Of a DNA stretch of 64,000 nucleotides, positions 53,406 to 63,710 are shown one piece after another. The notes under the pieces are model-generated. The model was not told the origin of the DNA. It did not search any database and saw nothing but the letters and a program-made list of their open reading frames with translations. Origin of the DNA: Dicyema japonicum (taxonomy: Eukaryota; Animalia; Dicyemida); assembly GCA_011109175.1 (NCBI GenBank), contig RDEW01000003.1, positions 2,243,761 through 2,307,760 of the forward strand, read 5' to 3'. Within the stretch, counting starts at the first letter, position 1; each line of letters begins with the position of its first letter. The position numbers and the translations under genes were made by a program.

Positions 53406-54120
53406 ATGATAATAAATAAGTCCTCACATATTCCTACACGTCTTTTCGCTAAGTTCTTCCAGATTCTCGGTTGTAGGCTGGTTCATACTTCTAAGAATAC
53501 CTATGCCGTCTCCAGTTGTAGCTGTTTGTTTCACACGTTGAAGATGTTTGACAAGATTATGTGCAATCGGCCATGAAATGCCGATTTTCCGTCCGTGGAA
53601 TTACAGAAACGGCGTAGTTAACAGTTCTGTTGAGCCAAATCTCAGAACATGTCCAAATAGATGCCAGCATGCTACAGTAATGTCTAAAATGAGGACTGCT
53701 TCATGTAGCGTTCTTAATTTTTTTGGACCAGCAAATACAAATTATCAATCTTAGTTATCTGTCAATCGAATAACATTTCACGAGAGCCATAATATCCCCC
53801 ATGTTCAGAAAAAACACAATTTTGGACGTCTATGTCTCCCACACTCCCATATAATTTGCTAGTAATCTCAATAAGTATAGGTCATCTGCCGATGTCAACT
53901 TATTTCAAGTCTTTTCCTAAGACAACTGGCTGAGTTACCCTTGGCCTTTGATAAAGGGCCCCTCCTGGCAGACATGTCCCCTCATAACTCCATTCTCAAG
54001 AAGCGTCCGACCAGTCTCCAGGGAGATTCAGTTATTTAACGAAGGAATGTTAAATAATAATAAATATTCGTCAAATATTAAGCTTCAACCACAATCATAA
54101 TTAATATGTTAATAATTTAT

Positions 54121-54797
54121 CTAATACAAAATATCAGAAATTTGATCTAGGAGGTCGGGGTGGAGGGGGGTTTACGAGAGTATCTCTGCGATTGTCCCCC
54201 TGACGGAGAAAACTGTTTAGAGAAGTGTGAGAATCTGCATTGAGACAACAAAGCGAACCACTTACAGGCCAGGGATCGTCAGGGAAGTAAACATTCTCTG
54301 AACTGGTCTGACACTGCTAATAAAAAGTATTCACAACAGATGTCGGGGTGGACCACACGTGATTAGGTTGACGTGGAACTTCCAGAGTATTCTTGGGGAC
54401 CACGGCTTCAGCAACCTGAAGACCCTTTGCCTTCTCAGTCAATGAGACAATCAGGTCATTTAAGTCTTGGAGCCCTGACTAACAGTTATAGAAAACAGCA
54501 ACAGCAACAGGAGACATAGTAGTCTTTGTGTAGATTTGATATCTGAGGTCCTGTGTGGTTTTGCAGAGGTTGAAATGCTGGATTAAAAAAACTCGGTACC
54601 TGAACCAGCAACTGAGAAATAGCAGTCTGATTGGACGTATTTTGTCTCATAATCTTAAATAGAGACTCTTTTAACAGTCCCAGGCCTCTATTGAGCTCAT
54701 TTGGATCGTTGATGCTTTGGTACTTGAAAATAAGAATCATGACAACATTGTTGACAAAATAATCAATAGAGCTGTTAGCTGATTCTTTAGTTTCCAT
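54121..54797 (-). CDS. Small multi-exon hypothetical protein (weak resemblance to Mediator MED29)
   Basis: ATG directly after an AT island; short GT-AG introns give a continuous frame; LGLLKESLFKIMRQ recalls the MED29 LKESL..LM helix. Confidence 0.45.
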
Positions 54798-55149
54798 TAA
54801 ATAAATGAATTTTGATAATCCCAACGCAAATAAATGAATCGAAAATCGTTTAATTTAATATATTTAAACAATTTTTATATTTAGTTTTTTTTTAATATAA
54901 CAAAATCATTTATTTTTTAACATTTTTTATCGAGGCCTAGTGTGGTTTACCAGTAATGTAAGTTCTGGTGGTGGCCAAATGGAACCTAATACATTTTGAA
55001 AAATGTATTATTCTTTCCACTCTACTGGGAGACGATCCCCTATCCCAGTTGCACATTCCAACCTCAAAATGTTCTCATACCGGTAAAAATCATTCCTTTT
55101 GTATTCATAGAGCTATTTTATGATAGACTATCTCCCCTATCTGAATTGG

Positions 55150-55510
55150 GTGAGGTCCTGACCCTGGAGATATAAACGCCAATCACCCCCTTATTGCTGT
55201 CATGCCAACCCTCTGACGTATGAGGACAATTGTTTCTATTGTAGATGGGGTACACTGACAACTGAAGACTGGGTTTTACTCCATCGGAGCACACAAGGCT
55301 TTCATCAGTGTTGGGGAAGATTCTTTCTTGGAAAGTTTTCCGAACAGAATTCTCTGGTACGTTCAACCTCTGGCTGACTCACTTCCTTGGCTATCGGAGG
55401 AGCCGTGTTTGTATCGAACATTCAAAGTCTCTTTCTCGGCTTCTTTCTAACGACGTTTTCCAAGGATCCAATTTTATACGAACACGTTTTCTTGTATGCC
55501 CAGAATTTAC
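55150..55510. mobile_element. Scrambled LINE RT fragments
   Basis: WLTHFLGYR..LLSNDVFQGS on +; opposite-strand LINE-like pieces at 55150-55300. Confidence 0.45.
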
Positions 55511-55704
55511 AAATCACGAAAAGCTACTGTAAGCGAATATTCAAAAGATCTCTGTTTTAAAAAATCAGGAACTGTCGATTACGCCAAAAGACAGTGAAAT
55601 TCACTAAAAACATTTTGTTACGGGGAATCCGCAAAGCATATGTTGTTTTCAGTTTACTTAGCATTTGTTAGTAATATAGATCTGGTTCATGTTTAAATGG
55701 TCCA

Positions 55705-55872
55705 ACCGAAACCTCGGGGATCATTGGGAGTAGCTCATTAACCCTGCTTAATTGTATCGGGTCGAAGTGGAAAAGAGATAAGTGAGAGCGAAGGTGGCTC
55801 ATTGAGTCTATTTCCTTACAAATCGTGAGGGGATATGAGGTTTACAATTTTGAGAGAAGCAGCCCTTAATTA
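55705..55872 (+). mobile_element. CRE 3' fragment (subfamily of 37080-40077)
   Basis: GAAACCTCGGGGATCATTGGGAG..TGGCTCATTGAG..TCCTTACAAATCGTGAGGGG matches 39880-40015. Confidence 0.7.
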
Positions 55873-56074
55873 AAAGATATATGTCACATGGGTGGCTTGA
55901 ACAGATCTTATGTGGAATCGATCCTGAAGATGTAGGGAATCAAAATGAATGGGTGTCGATTCTAGAATATGCAGTTTACTGCTACAATACGACAATGCCA
56001 AATATTCTGATACTTGTGAAATAGTCTCTATCTTATCTAATTCACGTGTAAAGGTATTTTTATTATTAATTAAA

Positions 56075-56245
56075 TTCTTGCAAGAACTCGGAGGATTGCT
56101 TGCCAGAAAAAAAAGGGATCAACGAGAAGGGTTATGGCTAAGACAAAAGATTGGAATAGCCATACTCCGAGGGAACTCGTTCGCAATCCACGCAGCAGGC
56201 TTCCTCAACTGATATTTGTTTAATTGTTTAAAAAAAATAATAAAA
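56075..56245 (+). mobile_element. Heavily 5'-truncated CRE copy, near-identical to the 3' end of 12700-14765
   Basis: About 140 nt almost identical to the reverse complement of 12729-12866. Confidence 0.9.
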
Positions 56246-56554
56246 TAATTATTTTAAATAAAATATCTTTAAATTAAAAAGGTATTTTTATTATTAAATT
56301 TATTTATAGGTTAAATTTTCTGATGGAAAAATAAAATCGGTCTTAATGTCAAGACTTTAAAAATAATTGTTTTTTATAATTTTAAATAAATTATTTGTTA
56401 AATCTAGCAATTGATATCTTATTACCATGGAAACACGTAAAAAAATAGGTTGCCCATAGGCTTCAGGTTGCCAATGTGACAATATATTTAGTTAATTTTA
56501 AATAGTAACAATTTATTTAAATTTAAATAATGTCAAAACAACCTAATTATAAAT

Positions 56555-56680
56555 AACTAGGACGAAAAAATGGCGAAGGCGTTACTTCTGTTAATCTCCA
56601 TTTCGAGTTTTTGCCTCAACCAGAATTTCTTTCGTGGCTTACACCTTTTTGAGGCGAGTTTGCTTCCAAAGTTTTAACTG
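56555..56680 (-). mobile_element. Old CRE 3' fragment
   Basis: Minus-strand frame FGSKLASKRCKPRKKFWLRQKLEMEINRSNAFAIFSS*. Confidence 0.6.
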
Positions 56681-56838
56681 TTTCTCTTTATTGTAAGATT
56701 GACAGCCGAAACTGAAGTAATTCATTGAGATCCTAAAGTCACGAAGGCTTTAATTATATTTTGCCAGCGAGATTCGATCAAATAGCCAGCAACGCCTGTG
56801 GAGATCTCCAGTGCGTGTAGAAATTTGACTCCCCTGAC

Positions 56839-57681
56839 CAGGGGTCGGCAATTTTTTAAGTCAAAAACCAATTTTTTTTGTTTTTGGCAATTAAAACAAC
56901 TTAAAGAGCTACTTTTTTAAAAACAAAATAATATTTTTAACAATTCAACAAATGTGAACGATTTATTTTTTTAAATAAATAAAACATAAAAAAATTATAT
57001 TAATCTAATTAATGAGATAATTGACCTTGCATTTTTTTCGCCAATGGTGGAATTACATCAGCTTGTTGCATTGACAAATTCAAGACATCTTTTAGCTCTA
57101 TTCGCAGTTGTTTTTGTGTGTAACGGTGTATTTTTAATTTGATTTGAAATCTCTGTTTTATTCTTAAAATTTTGGAATAGTTTTTGTGACAATTTTAGAA
57201 AACAGGATTTGATGTATTCTGTAAGTGGTTTTCCCATTTTTGCAATCTCATGACTGAAGATAATACTTCCAATATTAGTAGTCCAGGCAGACTGCTTTCA
57301 ATAATTAAATGTTGAACTTTCAATTTTAATATTTTTGGAGCTCTTCCACAGCTAGTTTTTGTGCATCGCCAGTTTGATTTTTTCTTGAAAAATAACAATG
57401 CTTTGAATTAGTGTCTCTGGATTTGACTCTTTGTTGTAATTGAATGGTTCGTGGAAAAAAAGAAATTTAGAAAGGTGATCTGATGACAAAAGTCTCGGTC
57501 CATTAAGGTCGAACAAGACGTTTTCTATCAATTTTTATATATTTTCTTATTTATAGCCATAATTGCCATAAACAGAATTATAATTTTTGGAAAAATGTTT
57601 TTATTGGAGGTGTAAATAATCATTTGGAATAATTGAAAGAGCCACATGAAAAACTCAAAGAGCCACGGTTGCCGACCCCTG
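56839..57681. mobile_element. hAT-Charlie-like MITE
   Basis: 13-bp perfect TIRs CAGGGGTCGGCAA / TTGCCGACCCCTG; 8-bp flanks CCCCTGAC vs CCCTAGAC (6/8 match, degenerate TSD). Confidence 0.85.
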
Positions 57682-59164
57682 CCCTAGACGATCCAGGAAT
57701 TCAAGCGTCGAGAGCGCAATTTTTAGGTTTAAATCAGATGTTTCCAAAATGATATAGTGATCCCCTTGTTGTTGAAATATGTCATAAAATCCATTTGATA
57801 GCGGTAGACTCAGGTATTATAGAAAATTCCAAATATCAAAATTTTGTAAATTAACAGTATTGAAGTAATATTTTATTTCATGAGTAAACCTATATTTTTA
57901 ATGTTAAAAAATCTAACAATGAATAATTAAAATATTATATTCAAAATAATAAAGATGTCTATGTTCATTAAATTTTAAACATATTTATTGTAAAAATTTA
58001 ACCGTGTGGTGGCATGTGACTACTTGATTGAAGATTTCTCTACGTTCTTTATCGGATTTACCGGCATTCAAAAAGATCCGTCTCTCACAACTGGGAGACT
58101 ATTTCGCTCACTGACGAATAGTTCAGACTTCGACCTCAGCTTCCCGGAAAATGTCTTCTGTATTATTTTACCTTGATAAGTGCTCTAGTGGAAGACGTTA
58201 GGATCATGGGATTAGAGAGATTGGTTTTACCGTTATTTTTGGAATAATTTAATTTTGAGTAAGAGGATTGGTAATAACGGAGTATAACTGGAGACCGTTC
58301 GGACATATCTTATGGATGGACTTGATCTCCTTACCAAATGTAGCCACGGGAGGTATGTTTGGCAGGAAGGGTGTTTTCGTAAAAGACCAAGAGTAACTTT
58401 GCCAGTAGTATTAGGAAATGACCCGAAGACAATGAAAAAGAAATCATCCTCGGATGACAGACTCATTCAGGTCGTAGCTAACAATCGAGGAATGTGAATG
58501 ATGTTGACATCTAAACTGCACCTTTTGCCCACATCCAAAGTATTATGGTTGATTTTTGGGCCATTTCTAACAAATAGCAGACGTAACATTAGAATTAAGG
58601 TTAGTTTAGTAACAGAAAGTCTATCAGTTTGATTTATAAGAGATAGCCGCAAAGGTAGCCAACAATGACTGTTGGAAGGGTAGTAAAATATTTTATCCTA
58701 AGAGACTATCTCAATTTGAACGACTTCACAAAAATATGGATCTTCTGGAAGATCTAGGACGTCTTATAGAAAACTTGAGATGTGAAGGAATACAAAGTAT
58801 TAAATTTCTCTAAAATAGATTACGACGATTCACGCAGACTGAATAGTCTCCAATCCAAATACGTATGCTAAGTAATTATTTTAGAATAAAACTTTAAGAA
58901 GAGTTCGAAGGGACATGAGAGGATACGAGTTTCTTTAGTATTTTATGTTTTAGCATATTCATTCCAATGAATCCTACGAATAGACGAACTCCGCGTTATT
59001 AAGCAGCCATAGTTTTGAGGATTAATTAGTTTGAGTTAATTTATTTTATTATAAGGAAAAATAATTTATTTGAGTTAATTATTTTATTAATTGTTAATTA
59101 TTGATTATTTTTAAAATTAATTATTAAATACTTTAAATAATAAATAAATAAACTTTAAATTCAT

Positions 59165-60712
59165 ATAATGAACGTTCAACAGTCATGGAGGCTCGGGTGG
59201 TGTTGTATCCTGCCCCTTAGACGTCGAAGAAAATCCTGTACCAGATCTCTTCTAATGCAAGTTAACATCTGGACGATAATTACCGAACGACAACGCTATC
59301 TCTTCAAACATTCAGTGGATATAGCTCTCTTCCAATAGCTAAACTTAAACCCACGACGGCCAACCCTCAACTTTTCCGCGATATTCAGTTTTCTTACGAG
59401 ACAGAATTCATGGAAGGGATGGAGATCTCATTAAACTAATCGGGAACTCTGCCACCAGGACGAGACAGTGGAGCAACAAACTCTGAGATTCCGCCTACCC
59501 TCTCTCCGATTGATAATAGTTAATATGTACATACCCCCTCCACCATCATGCCTCAGTGGCTACCCCCCATACTCATGCGATTCACCCGGTTGGAAAACAC
59601 GCTAATTGGCGGTGACCTAAACAAAGAGTTCTATGTTGTATGCTAGCCAACAACTGGATCGACGTGGACCCCTAATATCCGACAGTTTTGAGGACTTGAT
59701 CATTCTCAATAAACCAATCAAACACACAGGGATCCCTTCCCATCGTGGCTCTCTTACCGAAATTTATTTCTTCTTCTCTTGGGGGGTCATTTCATTGGAT
59801 GTTATATATGACTACTTACTGACCATAACCCAATCATCATGAGAATCCCACAAAAAACAAATGTTAAAGAATACTCCGAGAACCAATGCTAACTCACGTG
59901 CAGTGTGGTCCGCATTCACATACTTCATCCAGCAAAACCTTCACGGCTTCCGGATAAAGGATTTCAGCTCTAACACCTCAACGAAATTATACTCCGAGCT
60001 CGCAAAAGATTCATTTCGACGGGTCATCAAAACCATGGTCGAAGGAATAAATGTCCCACCATGATTTTCTTCGACCCTTCAATGGTGCAATCAGTAATCA
60101 GGAAAATAAATAACTCGTCGTCCCACGGTTCAGACAATATCTCCATTCTCGAACTGAAACACCTTGGTCCTTCCGCGACGGTTGCAACAACACTTATACA
60201 CCCTACTGGTTCTTCTAAAGATCCGTCCTTCCGTAACTCTACCATCTTTCCTACACGGATTCCACGAAGGACACTCATCAACAACTCATTTAACAAAACT
60301 GGTCCAATTCATCTCTGAAGGCCTGAATACTCCAAATCCACACGAGAGAACCTTGCGGCACTGAGCAAACTGGAAGTGTTACAAAACCGATGTCTCAGGA
60401 TATTATTGATATTGTCGAAAAAAACCACATAGTTACTACTTCACTAAAAGTCCCCCAATCATGGAATACCTTACGGGATACCATCGAGACTTCTTTAAGG
60501 TGGCAGAGTCTCCTGACCATCCCCACGGGCCGGACATCAAACTACATCTGGACGCCTGTCGTAGATACGAGAAGAAACCTTCCCATGTGTAGAGATTAAT
60601 CCAGGACTCCAAAACTAACCCCAGGAGAAGGCCTGGTATGGACTCTTGGATCACTTAACTTGGACGATAACTCTTGTCCTCTTTCTTGTGATTCCGGGGT
60701 TAATAAATTAAA
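59165..60712 (+). mobile_element. Internally deleted AP-endonuclease LINE with intact 3' end
   Basis: Endonuclease motifs NMYIPP, LIGGDLN, DHNPII; RT-proximal SSHGSDNISILELKHLGP; tail CTTTCTTGTGATTCCGGGGTTAATAAATT. Confidence 0.75.
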
Positions 60713-61340
60713 ATGTAACGAACAGGAAGCTTGTGGGGAAGTCGGGTGCGTATTTGTCCAGCGTACAAAAAATCGCCTAAAAATGGGGATAAAGAGAATA
60801 CATAGATTCCCGAGAGAATCACAGGGAAATGATGAGGTCGATAATGAGAGAGGCTGAGATCACCTGATTGCCTTCTCTCATTATTAGCTAATCCCCCACT
60901 GTCTACTTAGTCGCGTGTCAACTAAAATCGCATCACTATTTCCTTTCTCGATGATGCCTTGGCAAAATTCGGAATTATAAATGCACGTGCTAAAATATGT
61001 GAGCAATTAACTGTTTTCGACGAATCGTTAGTGCCAAAATTATTGAATAGAAAAGTTCTTCAAATTGCCCAAATTATAAACACTGGAGTCCACTTTGAAA
61101 TCTGGGGGCTACATGTTGCGTGCTATATTGTTCGGCAGATTAACTGGAATTTACGTGAAAGTTTGTGCATTGAAGAAAAAACTGATTATAAAAGTCATGT
61201 TTGTTGGGAATTAAAGAACTGTTATGAATCCACACAACCATGAGCTGAAGCATCATCATTAGGGTTATAATTAGACTAAGGGGTGGATAATAGAAAAATT
61301 GGCGGAACTATCGAAATTCTTATTCGAGGTTACAAAAACC

Positions 61341-61663
61341 GGCCTTCTGGCTGAATATAACGTCTGATGACATCGGATCTGAAGGTCGTGGGTTCAAATC
61401 CGAAAGATGAAGTCTTCAGCGAAGATCAATTCTTGTCAAACAGATTCCACCCGTGAGGCGACGAGGAATGAAGTGATGTCCGCGACTGTAGGACGTGGGA
61501 CAAAACTCTCTTCGGAAGCGGAAGCCTGTAATAAAGTATTGGAAGATGGATTTGGTCGGCACAAGCAGATGTTCTCCCTTTGGTTCCTTCCTTGGATTAG
61601 TTAGTTATGACTGTTTGTGCTGGGCTTACAATGGTAAGTCTGGGGTTAATAATAATAATAAAA
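61341..61663 (+). mobile_element. SINE family 2, tRNA-Arg-like head and (AAT)n tail
   Basis: Head GGCCTTCTGGCTGAAT..CGTCTGA..TCGGATCTGAAGGTCGTGGGTTCAAATCC; 3' hairpin GGCTTAC-AATG-GTAAGTC; GGGGTT(AAT)n; direct repeat AAAACCGG at 61335 and 61660. Confidence 0.7.
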
Positions 61664-61869
61664 CCGGATAAAAGTATCTGGGGCTTAAAAGATTACTTTG
61701 AGTTTGATTGATTCCTTGTGGAGACTGAACTCCTTTTTGTTGGCTGAGTCCTTCTGTAGACGATCCGGTTTCGCAGTTCACTGATGAAGGCGTACTCGTC
61801 AAGTCAGAATAAATATGGATTGACTAAATCAATGGTGTATGGTCATTTGTGGGAAATAAATAGCTTAAC

Positions 61870-61975
61870 GGCATTTTTGTCAATAAAGTCAAAAATTCAT
61901 GTTCATTAAAATTGTTTAAAACTTCAGAAAAGTAGTTTTATAAAAAAAGTTATAAAGTCATAAAATGTCAAGAAT
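61870..61975 (+). mobile_element. Left-end fragment of the hAT-like MITE family
   Basis: GGCATTTTTGTCAATAAAGTCAAAAATT..AAAATTGTTTAAAACTT as at 52594. Confidence 0.75.
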
Positions 61976-62360
61976 TTTAGGCAGAGCCAAATTGGTCAAA
62001 TTTAATTTTTGACCAATTCCAAATTCAATCACCATAGCAACGGAGATCAACTGGAAAACTCATTGGGTCTTCAAAGTGTCTCTCGTTTCATACTCAGTGC
62101 CTCTCTTCCCTCCTTTATTACTGTGGGGGGTCACATGATCCACTTGTTTCAAGAAACGCTTGGTAGGCCGGTATAAAAGTGATAATGCTTCCCCATTACA
62201 CTTGATCATACCTCTTGGTTCCCGTAACTGTTGATCTAGTGGAATTGTATGCTTGGAAGGACTTGTTCGCTAGGACCATGGGACAGAGCACTTATGTTAA
62301 AGATAATAAATTAAGGAAGATGACGTAGAACCACAAAGAACGAAAATTCCACATTATTAA

Positions 62361-62610
62361 TGGGGCAATTTTTATAGCAATTAAAATTTAAAGTATAGCA
62401 CTTAAAAAGTAGCATTATAGCATTTATAAACCACAAAATACAGAAATTTAAAAATTGTAGCACTTAAAATTTTTAATTTTTGAAAAAAATTATAGCATTT
62501 ATTATTTTTATAGCATTTATTTATAGAATTTATAGCATTAAATAAATTAAAAATTATATTTTTGAATTATTCAGATTAAGAAAAACAAAAAATTATAGCA
62601 TTTAAATGGC
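62361..62610 (+). repeat. Related MITE end with repeated TAGCA(T/C) subterminal motifs
   Basis: GGGGCAATTTTT start followed by about 9 TAGCA-centred motifs. Confidence 0.55.
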
Positions 62611-62900
62611 AATATGACTAGTTATGACAATGTAACATTATTGTCCGCAAAAGTAGCCACAAATTTATTGGATTAGTCATAAATCATAAAATATTATGTT
62701 GGCTCAGTCTTCTCGATCAAAAAATGCACCGATCATTCTAACTCATGTGTCCATAATAGTTATTATCCCAGACCGACAAAAGTCCACAAAGGTTAAATTA
62801 AATAAACCGCTCAAAGAGAAAAACTAATGAATATATAATTAAATTAAACTTAAATAATATTATTTTATTTATATTTAAATTTATATATAACAATTTAAAT

Positions 62901-63335
62901 ATGTTTTTCACCACAGAATGGAGAGGATTAGTAGTTTTATTCAAACATTTTAAACTGAGGACAGAGAAAGGTATAGTAGTCTCTACCAATAAGATTTGTA
63001 CATCACTATTGCCGTGACAATTCTGCTAACTTTTATTTTCGAGTTTTTGAGATCAATTAGTGCTATTTTTAAGGAAAAGTACCCAATACAGAGGTTTGTG
63101 AAATATTCATGGCAGTTATTCCAAAGCATTGTCGTCCCCCACTCATTACTTTGATGCCCTTTTGTTGGTTGTGAGAATACTCATAAGCTATATTTTAATG
63201 CTGTTGTTTATGCTTTATAATTATTACATTTGTGGGGCTATGCTTGTTGGCTATTTAGTCTCCGTGGTTTTCATTACTCCCCTCGGATTCAAGAAGAGTG
63301 GTGGTTACATTAATTTGGACGAAATGTCTCTTTAA
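62901..63335 (+). CDS. Ctr-family copper transporter (SLC31, CTR2-like)
   Basis: Spliced: MFFTTEWRGLVVLF..IFEFLR..SYILMLLFMLYNYYICGAMLVGYLVS (MxxxM-x12-GxxxS); introns of 23 and 22 nt. Confidence 0.85.
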
Positions 63336-63584
63336 TTTAACTTTATCAAAGTTTTATTGTTTTGGTTGACCCAATTCTTATTATAACATGAGATTGTTCT
63401 TTGCTGCCTAAGGTTTAATGGTTTTATTCGGTTGTCCCCAATCTCCTTGTTGCCTAGGAAGGTAAGCGTAGACAATATTACCCCCCGGTTGGGAACCACT
63501 GGTTTTATTGATGGACTTTGGGACAATTAAACCTTAATATCTCGACAAGTCACATTATACTAAATTTGTGTGTCTGTGTATGTT

Positions 63585-63710
63585 GACCTCTTCTAACTTG
63601 GAGACCTACCCTCGTGGTCCCAGTGACCTCCAAAATCCTATTTTAACTTTAATATAAAAATCAAAATTTCGACCTCTTCTAACATGGGGACCTCTCCCTT
63701 GTGGTCTCTA
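63585..63710. repeat. Imperfect direct duplication (~86-bp spacing)
   Basis: GACCTCTTCTAAC(T/A)TGG(A/G)GACCT..CC..GTGGTC at 63585 and 63671. Confidence 0.7.

Noticed and set aside
54486-54510. Poly-Cys tail (SCCCCCFL) suggesting a metal-binding peptide
   Set aside because: Out-of-frame read-through after an unspliced 22-nt intron
61360-61400. CTGATGA followed by GAA as a hammerhead ribozyme core (also CTGATGA at 61781)
   Set aside because: No stem II and no GAAA at the required position; the first lies in a tRNA-derived SINE head
61341-61415. Functional tRNA-Arg gene
   Set aside because: D arm and acceptor stem are broken, the anticodon arm has an insertion, and it continues into a SINE body and tail
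5856-63335. Alternative genetic code or stop-codon reassignment
   Set aside because: In the genes examined, in-frame stops fall inside tiny introns or follow homopolymer indels; genes end in TAA, TAG and TGA
63481-63510. hAT terminus (minus CAGTGGTTCCCAACC) with GTTTTATTG repeated at 63351 as a TSD
   Set aside because: No partner TIR next to the other repeat; a low-complexity match may be chance
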